A stretch of 63,857 bases of DNA, filler included, from Octopus bimaculoides (taxonomy: Eukaryota), in NCBI RefSeq assembly GCF_001194135.2. It is 8 parts of 7 records of this genome, joined end to end, with 100 filler letters (N's around TTAATTAATTAA, not from the genome) between each part and the next. Parts side by side here need not be neighbours in the genome. Positions count along the whole stretch, not along the records: positions 23,461 to 44,046 come from NC_068996.1; positions 44,147 to 46,935 come from NC_069006.1; 6 more parts are not named here. One strand, given 5' to 3'. Under the pieces are notes generated by a model that was given only the letters and a program-made list of their open reading frames with translations, was not told the DNA's origin and searched no databases. This document shows, piece after piece, positions 35,481-46,935 of the stretch (the first letter of the stretch is position 1; every line of letters starts with the position of its first letter). Made by a program: the position numbers and the translations under genes.

Positions 35481-35894
35481 ATAGCTGATCGCCATCTTTC
35501 TCTGTCTAGAGCAAACTGCTCCCAAGTTGCATGGTCGATGTTGAAGGCTTTCAGTGTGTCCTTAAAGTGCTTCTTCTGACCGCCTTGTGAGCGCTTTCCC
35601 TTTTGCAGCTCGCCAAAGAGCAATCTTTTTGGTAATCGATTGCAGACAAGCCAAGAAGAACAGAGCTAACAACTCTGTAGCAGGTGCTACCATTCCCTGT
35701 CCACACTGTCAAAGACTCCTTCGGGTGCAGATTGGCCTCACTAGCTATTGGCGGATTCACAAAAAAAGCCCNNNNNNNNNNNNNNNNNNNNNNNNNNNNN
35801 NNNNNNNNNNNNNNNNNNNNNNNNNNNNNNNNNNNNNNNNNNCCCCCCACCCCAGGATGACTAGACGGTCTTCGTCGCATCGATGGACAAACTA
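35481..35894 (+). mobile_element. RTE-type LINE 3' end with inverted 5' segment
   Basis: 35481-35641 reads on minus NRLPKRLLFGELQKGKRSQGGQKKHFKDTLKAFNIDHATWEQFALDRERWRSAI. 35642-35771 reads on plus RQAKKNRANNSVAGATIPCPHCQRLLRVQIGLTSYWRIHK. The 3'UTR GGATGACTAGACGGTCTTCGTCGCATCGATGGAC + (TA)n follows the gap. Confidence 0.85.
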
Positions 35895-36239
35895 CATATA
35901 TATATATATATATATTATAAGGTTTTTAAACTTTTAAATTTTCATATTCAAAAGAGACAGAGACTATAATATATATATATATATATTAAAAGACCCAAAA
36001 GAGATAGGTAATCCTAAAAATGTAGCTTGGACTTCTCTTTCAATAAAATAAGTAAAGCACTTAGTTTATTATCATACAACTGCTGCCAATGGGCTGCACA
36101 ATTTTTATAACTAAAACTAGTCAAGGGATAATAAACTACTATGCTTTATTTATTCAATTCTTTACATTAAAAGAATTAGTTATGGTTGATTTTTGACATA
36201 GAATTAGATGGACAGGCAGTATAGATAATGTAGTCTTAC

Positions 36240-36382
36240 CTGGATCATATTTCAGCACTGTATTACAATGTGTTATAACGGTATAATAGTCTTCGGACAT
36301 AAGTTTACATTGACAAAAGTTCAAGAGAAGAGGTATCTGCATCGTGTTTAGTTTTTGCCATGCTTCATCACCAGGTTTCTCG
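36240..36382 (-). CDS. AIP: AIP coding exon (TPR2)
   Basis: Acceptor tttttccacttgtag; donor gtaaga at 36239. 143 nt, phase 2 to 1. (I)EKPGDEAWQKLNTMQIPLLLNFCQCKLMSEDYYTVITHCNTVLKYDP resembles AIP EQPG..EW..L.....PLLLNYCQCKL...YY.V..HC..L. Confidence 0.96.
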
Positions 36383-37732
36383 CTACAAGTGGAAAAACAC
36401 GAAATTGTATTTATTGGTGGTTAAATAATGTTTGTTTGGTTTAAATGCAAGCAAGTAATTGAGTTATTTGTAACTGAGTGATGTTTACTTTAAATGACCA
36501 AAGAGCACTGCAGTTAATATCACTTGGCATTAGGAAGGGTATTCAGCCATAGAAACCATGCCATAGCAAACAGCAAGTGTTGCAGACAGTGGAGCTTGAT
36601 GCCAGTCAAACCACCCAACTCATGTCAGCATGATGATGATGATGATGACTTACATTTATTTTCAACACACACAAAAAAATCATCTGTCAATGATTAATTT
36701 GTATTCATTTAAAACAATTAAGACGGCTAACGTTTTTCTTTTTTTTTTTTAAATAATTGTCAGTAAGAAATTGTATTTAATGACAATTAAGATATGCTCG
36801 TTAACTTATGTTTATTTAATGACATTTAACATAGAATGGTTAACCAACATTTATCTAAATGTGAGTAAGAAATAATATTTCAATTTTTCACACGTTTGTT
36901 ATGTAAGGAAGAACATCAGATTCCATAGGTTTGTAAAAGAGTAAATATAAGAATGTCCAGGTGAGAGTTGTGTAGTAATGTTAGTATAAAGAACAAGAAG
37001 GTTCCATTGGTTTGCAAATCTTTATATTTCCCTAAAAATGGGAATAAAAGGATAACATGGTGGGAGCTATATGGTTAATATTCAAATAAGGTAAAACATG
37101 GAATCAAGAGAAAAGAATTATGGTGTGTATTGGTGACAACTAATCCAAAGGGAAGAACATGGAATGTCAATGAGTGCCATTTTCTGCACTCTGTCCAAAG
37201 ACATGCTAGAATTCCCACTTCACTTGGTAACTGAACTTATGAGCATTCGACAGGCGCTGAAGCAGCAGTCTTTTGAGCAACAGATGAAACACATTACAAT
37301 ATTTATTCTTGTTTTTTAGTTGGGCTTCAACAATAAGGTACTGCTGCAGAGTAGTGAATTGGTAAAAGTGTTAAAGAGATCAGACGGGATACCTAGTGGT
37401 ATTTTTTTTAGCTCCTGATTCCAAATCCCACCATGGCCTACTTAGTGGTAGAGTTAATTAGTTGCCTAGTTTAACACCATCACCTGATCTTTTGGTGTCT
37501 TTAGTGGAGGCCACTCAGTTGCAGGCATTTAAGCCGGGTCATGAGTTTAAAAATATCACCTGCCTTCCTTCAATCCCATCAGTTTTAGAGGCCTTGTAAA
37601 GGGGTCATGTATGTAACTCTCTCTCTCTCTTGGTTAAGCAATAAAAAAAGGTAACTTTCTTTTAAATTAATGTTGCTTCAGTTGTGAATATAGAAACAAT
37701 ATGCTTATAATGTATGGATATATAATCGTCAT

Positions 37733-38108
37733 GGCACTCCGTCGGTTACGACGTCGAGGGTTCCAGCTGATCCAATCAATGGAACAGCCTGCTCATGAAA
37801 TTAACTTGCAAGTGGCTGAGCACTCCACAGACACGTATACCCCTTAATGTAGTTCTTGGGGATATTCAGCGTGACACAGTGTGACAAGGCTGGCCTTTTG
37901 AATTACAGGCACAACAGAAACAGGAAGTAAGAGTGAGAGAAAGTTGTGGTGGAAGAGTAGAGCAGGGTTCGCCACCATCCCATGTCGGAGTCTCATGGAG
38001 CTTTAGGTGTTTTCATTCAATAAACACTCACAACGCCTGGTCTGGGAATCAAAACCGCGAGCCTACGACTGCGAGTCTGCTGCCCTAACCACTGGGCCAT
38101 TGTGCCTG
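37733..38108 (-). mobile_element. SINE family D in AIP intron
   Basis: Full-length match to 5671-6053. Confidence 0.85.
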
Positions 38109-38136
38109 GATATATAATACATATTTGTAAATTGTA

Positions 38137-38167
<31 letters not shown>

Positions 38168-38181
38168 TTTTNNNNNNNNNN

Positions 38182-38221
<40 letters not shown>

Positions 38222-38633
38222 TAAATTTTAGTCAAGGTTTCCTTAGAATAATGTGATGAAAAGGAAGCAGTTATTTTCATGTTGGAGACCTGACATAAAT
38301 CATCATCATTTAACATCTGTTTTCCATGCTGGCATGGGTTGGATGGTTTGATAAGGCCAGGAGCTGTACCAGGCTCCATTGTCTGTTTTGGCAAAGTTTT
38401 TATGGCTGGATACCCTTCCTAATGCCAAAAATATGGACTCTAAGAAAATCATCTAAGGACCATGTGGTAGTGGTGCTAAACTAGGGGATAGATTACAGTT
38501 AATTGCTAAATTGATAAAATTTCCTTGATTGTTCAGATCCTTATAGTGTGAAGATAAACACAACTGTGTATAGAATAATATTCAGTCTGAACTGTTAGAA
38601 GTCAGCTATTGGAGGGGAAAATACAAAGTCAGG

Positions 38634-38785
38634 TGTAGGCATGGCTGTGTGGTAAGAAGCTTGCTTCCCAACCACATTGTTCTGGGATCAGTCCCACAGC
38701 AAGGCACCTTGGGCAAATGTGTTCTACTATAGCCCCGGGTAGACCAAAGCCTTGTGGGTGGATTTGGTAGGCAGAAAATGAAAGA
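38634..38785 (+). mobile_element. SINE module B in AIP intron, abutting a family A copy
   Basis: GGCTGTGTGGTAAGAAGCTTGCTTCCCAACCAC...CCTTGGGCAA...GAAAATGAAAGAAG. Confidence 0.8.
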
Positions 38786-38789
38786 AGTG

Positions 38790-39008
38790 AGCTGGCAGAA
38801 ACGTAAGCACGCTGGCCGAAATGCTTAGTGGTATTTCATCTGCCGTTATGTTCTGAGTTCAAATTCTGCCGAGGTCGACTTTGCCTTTCATCCTTTCAGG
38901 GTTGATAAATTAAGTACCAGTTACACACTGGGGTCGATTATATCGACTTAATCCCATTGTCTGTCCTTGTTTGTCCCCTTTATGCCCTTGTGGGCAATAA
39001 AGAAATAA
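38790..39008 (+). mobile_element. SINE family A in AIP intron
   Basis: Near-consensus family A with several CpG transitions. Confidence 0.85.
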
Positions 39009-39680
39009 GAAACTGTGTGTGTGTGTTTATCTGCTTGTCTTGACATTATGTGATAGTTGTAAATGAGTGCTACTGTTGTACAAGCAGTGTCATTCATTTC
39101 CAATATTCTGTGAAATCACGTCTGGCCATGGGGAAATATTACCTTGCTTAGAAACAGGTGAAGGTTGATGACAGGAAGGGCATCCAGCCATAGAAAATGT
39201 ACCTCAAATAACCTCCATCCGATCCATGCAAGCACAGGAAAGTGGACATTAAATGGTTATGATAATAATGGCAGTGAGGAAGTTCTGGGATTACATAGTT
39301 ATAAAAGGTCTTACCAATGTTTGGAACGTATCTTCTGCAAAAAGATTCTTACACGGAATTTTGATTGAAGGTTTTTAAGTATGAACCCTTTACAATGAGA
39401 ATTTTTTATAAACTGAACAAACAAACTTTGACTACACCAAAAGTAATGACATCTGGATCAGCACACTGATGATGGCGATGATGATGATGATAGTGGTGAT
39501 GATGGTGATAACGATGACAATGATGATGATGATGATGATGACGATGATCATGGTGATGATGATGATGTTGCATGTCCACAGTAACAAAGATTGCTACTAA
39601 GGCAGCAGCTTGCTGAGATTCATAGTGATTCACAAGTTTCTTTTTCTTTTTTATATATTTTTGATAAATGCCCAACTTAC

Positions 39681-39867
39681 ATCAACATAAGCTCTTCTAA
39701 CATCCCAAGCGCTTCTGCATATTTCTCATTGGCTTCCTTAAACTTCTTATCTCGATACAATTCGTTACCTTCTTCACGAAGTTTTGGAACTGCAGCTAAT
39801 TTTTCTGATTCGTTTAATTCCCATGCTTCTTGTTTGTAACCACCAGGAACTTCAATTTTGGTCAGTT
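39681..39867 (-). CDS. AIP: AIP coding exon (linker + TPR1)
   Basis: Acceptor tttcag at 39869-39868; perfect donor gtaagt at 39680. 187 nt, phase 1 to 2. (E)LTKIEVPGGYKQEAWELNESEKLAAVPKLREEGNELYRDKKFKEANEKYAEALGMLEELML resembles AIP [24 protein letters not shown]...EGN.LY. Confidence 0.96.
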
Positions 39868-40179
39868 CTGAAATACAAAGAGATGCAAGTAGAAGGCATT
39901 TTATGACATATTTAACTTCTGTGTGTGTGAGAGAGAGAGAGCAGGAGAGAAAAATATAACAATGAGAAATTATGAGATTAGCATTGAATTTCAATTATTA
40001 TATTAACATTACAGTTAAATTAATTCAAGAATTATAAGGACCAGTGCAACAAAAATACCGTTCTTGGAAAATGGGTTAGTGATGGGAAAAACATCTGGCC
40101 ATAGGAAGAATCTGCCTCAACAAGTTTTGTCTAACCCATGCTAGCATGGAAAAATGGACGTAAGGATGATAAATGATGG

Positions 40180-40490
40180 ATTATGTTGTTAGTAAGAAAG
40201 AAGATAAAAATTTCTTTCAGTCAGGTAAATGGCTCTGCTCAGTATGTAGGAAAGGAGTTGGAAGAAATTCCATTCGCTGTACCTGGTGTGAACTATGGAC
40301 ACATAAGAGGTGCAGTGGAATCACAGGTAGATTAATAGATAAAGTTGTCATTGTATGTGGCAGATGTGCAGGAACAATAAGCACTAAGAGCCCACAGGAC
40401 TTAGATTCTCTGGCCGGCTATTGTCAAACCGTCCCACTCATGCCAGCATGGAAGGGTGACATTAAATGATGATGATGATGATGATGATAT
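40180..40490 (+). mobile_element. LINE (RTE-like) Cys-rich/PHD-like fragment fused to a repeat 3' tail
   Basis: SGKWLCSVCRKGVGRNSIRCTWCELWTHKRCSGITGRL...VCGRC is a Cys-rich module typical of RTE-clade ORFs. It is followed directly by the tail GTCAAACCGTCC..CATGCCAGCATGGAA..(GAT)n. Confidence 0.75.
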
Positions 40491-42574
40491 ATATTTATAT
40501 ATATGTGGCTGTGTGGTAAGAAGCTTGTTTCCGAACCACACTGGTTCAGTCTCACAGCATGGCACCTTGGGCAAGTGTCTTCTACTATATGGATTCAAGT
40601 GATCCAGTAGTACTCATAGAAAAAGCTTCTTAATGTATCATTCTACAAAATATGTAGAATAAATAATGTGATACAAGAGAAAAACCACAAGGAATGTATA
40701 AGGTTATAAATGACAGAGAAAGATTTTGATGGATTTTTATTTAACAGTAAGAAAATTCAAATATGACAAATTGTTTTGTAACTTAAAAACGTGTAGATAA
40801 TTTGTTATTGAATTTAGTAATAAATAAATTATTTACAAGTCTGTATTAATGCAAAATGCAAAAAAAATCTTTCGAAACAATGCAGAGTTTAAGCTACATC
40901 CTCAGGTAAAGAAAGTCTTTCTTAAATACTAAATTCTCCGTGTAACATTACAAAAATGCAAAGTCAATAATAAAACATTATGGAAGACAATAATAAGAAA
41001 ATTGATATAAAATAATAAGACAATTGTCTAATAAATGTGTGTGTGTACAATTATATTTTATAATTGATTTTATAATTTATTAATTATATATTAATCCATT
41101 GGAAATTAAGAGAAAGGAGAAATGTTAAGTTGTGGTGCTCAAGACTTTGAAAAGAACATGATAAAAGGTCACAGAATGAAGTTCTCCTTTCCATCTCATT
41201 ATTAATCAGAATAACATACAACAAAAACAAGAGTTTTAAAGTCACTTTCCTTGCAAAATCAGGGGTTAGCCTTCTAACTCTTTGACAATGTAATTGTACT
41301 CAACATGATTCTCTTATATGAAGCTGTTTTTCATAGTTGGATATCCATCCTGATGCTAACCTTTTTTAATCAGGTCTTATGACCTGCAGAGATATATTGT
41401 AATTATCCTAAAAACTAGGATGCACAAAGTATCACTCAGTACAAGAGAAACATTCTTGCTTTCAAATTTAATTTTAAAGAAAGTGTTACTGGAACAAAGG
41501 TTTTGTTGTTGTTTCTTAGCTCATAGACAGCCCAGATGGAGCAAACCTGTCATTCCATATATTATTCAAAGTGCTTCATGGACCATATTATTTAATGTCC
41601 TTTTTATTTTTAAAAACGATAAGGTGTGATATGAAGCAGATTTGGTTGCTATTTCTAGCAGATTGAGAAACCATGTTGAGGCTTCCTTTACAACTAAGTG
41701 TTTTTTAACTACTGAAATATATAAGAATAATTGTCTTAATGAAGATGTTTGACTGTTTACACAATATATTTATAGTGTATGCTACATAGACTTGTATGCT
41801 GGAAAATACAGTACATCTCAAATAACGAGCATCCACTTCCTAGTCTCCACAGTTAACATCTATTATCAGAGTCTTCATATTAGATTACCATTTTACATCT
41901 AGTCTTCATATTAGATTGACATTTTACTGTCTGTTTACCACCTTTAAATATTTCAACATGATAATTGACAAGTTAGAGTGGGGGTAGGTCATCTTTTAAA
42001 CATTTCAACATAGAGATGGTTTTATTAGTTGGATGTCTTTTAGATCCTTTTCTTACCATATTTCTGTTGAAATACACAGTTTTTGTTTCAACTAATTTTG
42101 AAAATACTAAAGAATTTAGTAAAGCAAACTTTGTTATAATTAAGCTGGTGTTTAGAACATGAACTGACATGAAATTTTGGTGGAACGCTTTGATTTGGAC
42201 CACTTTAAAACTGGAAGTTTGTATCATAGAACAAGGGCTGTCTCAGGAGGATTAGTATCAAAAGGCTTAAACATTTCATTGTATTTATAAGTTTATCGGT
42301 TAGGTGACCAGAGTTAGTAGAAAGTCAAAAGCTTTCCAGATTCTCTGATCTCAGATTTCAAATCACATCTAAACAGACTTTGTTTTTTCTTCTTAACAAG
42401 GTCAATAAGTAAAGCACCAGTCAAGTAAAAGAAATCAAATGTGTTCATACCAGGAGAGGATGAACTCTGACAAGTTTAAAATAACCAAGATACACTGACA
42501 TACATCACATCAGCACCTCTACTACTCAATTAGAAATTAAACATTCCACCATTACTACAAGTGTCAACATTTAA

Positions 42575-42802
42575 CCATTTGGTATTTAAACTAGCCATAG
42601 CAGACACTAATATTTTCCCCGGTTTTATGTACAAACTGGCCAGATCAGGCCTCTCATACCTATTCTATGATCTACAAAGTCATTTTAAAAGTAAACAGTC
42701 ACATCATCAAATTCTCAAAGTTATGAAATAATGCATGATTAATTCAAAGCAACGTGAATAAATAAGAATAACATTTGACAGAATACTCTTAATGCTAAAG
42801 GG
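42575..42802. mobile_element. piggyBac-type MITE (228 bp)
   Basis: TTAA|CCATTTGGTATT ... AATGCTAAAGGG|TTAA; internal CACATCATCAAA..CTCAAA...GTGAATAAATAAG shared with copies at 23792 and 31220. Confidence 0.7.
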
Positions 42803-42822
42803 TTAAACCTTTCATAGGTTGC

Positions 42823-43162
42823 TGAGACCTCCTTCGGTCATGACTGACCCTGGGATTGCACCTAGAAAGTTACCCTTCCAGGCACAAGTCTGGGCAAGGT
42901 TGTTTTTTATGGAAGACCAGTAGTCACCCATGCATACCGGTCTCCCCTCTCCATGCTATCGATGTTATCCAAGGGAAAGGCAAAGGCCGATAAAGCTTGA
43001 CACCAGTGATGTAGCAACTCATTTCTACAGCTGAGTGAATTGGAGCAATGTGAAATAAAGTGTCTTGCTCAAGAACACAACACGCAGCCCAGTCCGGGAT
43101 TCGAACTCACAACCTCACGATCGTAAGCTCAACGCTCTAATCACTGAGCCATGCACCTTCAC
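42823..43162 (-). mobile_element. SINE family E core with a different 3' tail, in AIP intron
   Basis: Same head and core as 7747; tail ...GGGTCAGTCATGACCGAAGG is unrelated to the 7747 tail. Confidence 0.75.
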
Positions 43163-43686
43163 TATTTCATAGGTATAGCTTAAGTATAATCATATCAAGA
43201 TGATACTAGTTGGGTACTATATCATTATTGCATTTATTCCTGTAATGATGTTAAACATCTACCAAAAAATAGAACTGCTATTTCCTGCAAGTTGTGTTGC
43301 TTCAATAAACTTAGCATGTTTCAACAAAAAATCAGTTCAAACATGACATTGCTCAATAAAAGATAGCTTGATATAAAAAAAACTGCTTTCTGCAGTTAAG
43401 GGTACTGAAATTTTGAGTGAATACATCTGACTTCTGCAGTAAAAAGGTTAAACATTTCAATATAGTTACAATCTCACAACTGAAGTGTTATTATTATTTG
43501 AACATTTCAACACAGTTATAGGTAGCGATTTTCCATGAATTACTAATCCAAGTCAAACTCCAACTCCTTTATCATAGAAGCTGAATTAATTACTAATATG
43601 AGTAATTTAATAATTCTTCACAGATTACAAGACATCTGTAATAGCTAATAATACAGTAATTAAAAAAGATAAACATCTTGAAATAC

Positions 43687-43879
43687 CTAAAGTGAAAAGA
43701 AGAGGTTCTGGTTTTGCCATCAATTTGTCCAGATCAGGATATCCAAGTGACTGCTTCGTCATAGACATCATTCCACAACAATGGCCTTTAGCATCTTTTT
43801 TTGTATGTGCATGTTCCTTCTTTTCAGGATTAGCAATATCTCTTAAGCTCTTTGCCACTAAAGGATAAGTGTCAACTTT
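43687..43879 (-). CDS. AIP: AIP internal coding exon (equivalent of human exon 3; C-terminal half of FKBP-like domain)
   Basis: Acceptor ttattttgtag precedes 43879; donor G|gtattt at 43686. 193 nt, phase 0 to 1. Translates KVDTYPLVAKSLRDIANPEKKEHAHTKKDAKGHCCGMMSMTKQSLGYPDLDKLMAKPEPLLFTL, matching the AIP-family motifs YPLVAKSLR, HCCG and LG.PDLD.L...P.PL.F. Confidence 0.95.
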
Positions 43880-44439
43880 CTACAAAATAAAATTGAATAA
43901 ATAAATTATTAAATAATTAATCAATAAAGAGAGACAATTAAGCCTGATCAACTTCAAGATTCTCATGCAGATAGAATGATTGTTTCATACAACAGTTAAT
44001 ACATTGGAAGAGAAATACAACTAAAATTAGTTGTCTTGTATATATANNNNNNNNNNNNNNNNNNNNNNNNNNNNNNNNNNNNNNNNNNNNTTAATTAATT
44101 AANNNNNNNNNNNNNNNNNNNNNNNNNNNNNNNNNNNNNNNNNNNNAAAAGCCCTTTTTTCCCCCCCTTTTCTTGTGAGGTTTGATACCCCTGCACCAAG
44201 ACTCCATCATGTCCTTATACCAGTAGAGTGTAGACAGAGTGGATTGAGGATTTAATAGTCTGTCTTGGACAGTGGTCTGCCTTAGGTGATGGTTTTATGG
44301 AAGTAACATTTTGGGGTGTGCTGTATAAGCTTGGTGGGTGCCCAGAGGGCCCTGGGGCTGGGAGCAGCAACTTTAAGATCTGCTTCAAATGTGGGAGCAG
44401 GGGGGGGGGTGTACACACTCTAGCTACATTACTGTCTCA

Positions 44440-44536
44440 TCTATAATAATATAAACCACATTCAATGATGTCAAGAAGTTCAATGTTTTAAAGTTAGGCT
44501 CATTTTACTTCGGCTAGCATTTACGCATGCATCTAG
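44440..44536 (+). mobile_element. Possible 97-bp mini-Helitron
   Basis: A|TCTATAATAATATAAA start and CTAG|T end, with a degenerate GC hairpin (GCTAGCAT-TT-ACGCATGC) before CTAG. Confidence 0.4.
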
Positions 44537-44564
44537 TTGCTTCCGTTTTTGAAGGCACATGTAT

Positions 44565-45240
44565 TAGGAATATTTGGCTTCCAGTCATAAGGTCTTGAGT
44601 TCAATTCCTGGTGGTGCATTGTGTCCTTGAGCAAGGCACTTCATTTCACATTGCTCCAATCCACTCAGCTAGCAAAAATGAGTGGTACCTGTAATTATTA
44701 AGAGCCAGCCTTGTCACGTTCTTTGTCATGCTAAATCTCCCAGAAAACTACATTAAGGGTATGCATGTCTGTGGATTACTCAGCCACTTGCACATTAATT
44801 TCATAAGAAGGTTTCAGATCAACTGGAGCCTTTATCATCATAACTAACAGACTACCAGTTACTTGTTCCCTTTTACATTGGGGGTTCAAATCCTGCTGAG
44901 TGCAACTTTGTCTTTCTTCTTTATGGGGTCGATGAAAACAAAGAAAGTACCAGTCAGAAACTGGGTTGGTGTAACTGTCTGCTGGAGCAGCAGAAGTTTT
45001 AGAGTTTTGGAAAACAAAAATTCCTTGCAAGATTCTTTCCATCTTTTTACAGTCTGAGTTCAAATTCTGCTGAGGTCCAGCTTTGCCTTTCAACCTTTTG
45101 GGGTTGAAGCTCATTTTTCAACCTCATAGTTTCAGGTTCAGTCCCACTGTATGGCACCTTGGGCAAATGTCTTCTACTATAGCCCCCAGACTGACCCAAT
45201 GCCTTGTGAGTGAATTTAATAGATGGAAGCTGTGTGGAAG
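44565..45240 (+). mobile_element. Cluster of same-strand SINE pieces (E head + D tail; two A fragments; B)
   Basis: E core 44565-44690 joined to D tail (CCTGTAA...GCCAGCCTTGTCAC...CAGCCACTTGCAC) to about 44855; A-like cores at about 44880-45000 and 45030-45110; B at about 45110-45240. Confidence 0.65.
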
Positions 45241-45711
45241 CTTCATTTTATATACACAAGTATATATATATATATNNNNNNNNNNNNNNNNNNNNNNNNN
45301 NNNNNNNNNNNNNNNNNNNNNNNNNNNNNNNNNNNNNNNNNNNNNNNNNNNNNNNNNNNNNNNNNNNNNNNNNNNNNNNNNNNNNNNNNNNNNNNNNNNN
45401 NNNNNNNNNNNNNNNNNNNNNNNNNNNNNNNNNNNNNNNNNNNNNNNNNNNNNNNNNNNNNNNNNNNNNNNNNNNNNNNNNNNNNNNNNNNNNNNNNNNN
45501 NNNNNNNNNNNNNNNNNNNNNNNNNNNNNNNNNNNNNNNNNNNNNNNNNNNNNNNNNNNNNNNNNNNNNNNNNNNNNNNNNNNNNNNNNNNNNNNNNNNN
45601 NNNNNNNNNNNNNNNNNNNNNNNNNNNNNNNNNNNNNNNNNNNNNNNATATATATATATAATTTATATAAGTATATATATATATATATATATATTTATTT
45701 ATTTATTTATT

Positions 45712-46045
45712 ATTTTACTTGTTTCAGTCATTTGATTGCGGCCATGCTGGAGCACTGCCTTTAGGCGAAAAAAATCGACCCTGAACTTATTCTTTGTAAG
45801 CCCAGTACTTATTCTATCAGTCTCTTTTGCCAAACTGCTAAATTACGGGTACATAAACACACCAACATCGGTTGTCAAGCGATGGTGAGGTGACAAACAC
45901 AGTCACACAAACATAAATGTATGTATGTATGTATGTATGTATACAATGGGCTTCTTCCAGTTTCCGTCTACCAGATCCATTCACAAGGTTTTGGTCAGCC
46001 CAAAGCTATAGTAGAAGACACTTGTCGAAGGTGCCACACAGTGGA
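45712..46045 (-). mobile_element. Bipartite SINE B/C
   Basis: Module C + (ATGT)n + truncated module B. Confidence 0.75.
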
Positions 46046-46262
46046 CTTATACATACAAGCTAAAAGAGAGACACATTAAAAGAGACAAATTAATTATAAA
46101 ATTCCATGGAAAGAGCTGCAGCAGCAGCAGCGAGAAATCTTTATATTTTAAGTAAAGCAGTAAAAGCACAAAAAGAAAGAAAAAATAATAATTAAAACAA
46201 AAAGACAAATTTAATCAGTAAATATCTTCACGTTATTTATATGATCAGAAATATAATTTCAT

Positions 46263-46872
46263 GGTGTCATAGTGAGGATTTGATCAAAGACTTTGCAATT
46301 AAAAGAAAGGAGAAAACTTCAAATATAAATAAAGTGGAAGTATATCAAAATAACAATTTATTTTCCATCTTTCTGTTATTTTTGTCTCATTTTGGAAAAT
46401 AACAATTTATTTTATGGTTTATAATTTTTTATATTTTGAATTACATATATATGGGAGGTGGGCACCAAATTATCTTTTAAGTGTTTAAGGCCCTCTATGG
46501 GTCTTAATCGTAATGTACTCCTAGATACAATATGCCTAAATGGTTTAGGGCACAAAAGAAATCACGTTAAACTTGCCAAAATAATATCCAAAGTGGTTTC
46601 TAAGATCAGAAATATTATCTTGAAGTGTTTGTGGTGTCATAAGTGAGAATCTAATCAAAGACTTTGCAATTAAAAAATATCAACTTCCTATATCTAAATT
46701 GTTTAAGAATCTAAGGGTGAAAGTAGGGGAAAACTTTTCAAATATAAATAAAGTGGAAGGATACAAAAATAAACATTATTTTCCATTTTACTGTTAGTTT
46801 TGTTTTGTTTTGAAAAAAATGAAAATTTATCTTATGGCTTATTATTGTTTATATTTTGAATTACATATATAT
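46263..46872. repeat. Degenerate direct repeat (46263-46452 and 46633-46872)
   Basis: Shared blocks GGTGTCAT, ATCAAAGACTTTGCAATTAAAA, CAAATATAAATAAAGTGGAAG, ATTTTCCAT and ATATTTTGAATTACATATATAT; copy 2 has an insertion of about 45 bp. Confidence 0.85.
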
Positions 46873-46897
46873 ATATCTATATCTATCTATCTATCTA

Positions 46898-46935
<38 letters not shown>

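Noticed and set aside
36915-37015. KPME-like codons suggesting the missing AIP exon 2
   Set aside because: Wrong position (inside a downstream intron), stops in frame, and no GKKFKL/VWE continuation.
40173-40469. PHD-finger host gene exon
   Set aside because: Antisense within an AIP intron, flanked by repeat tails; a typical LINE module.
44330-44420. CFKCG zinc-knuckle/gag remnant
   Set aside because: The His and final Cys are absent and there is no supporting LTR or pol sequence; it sits next to a gap.
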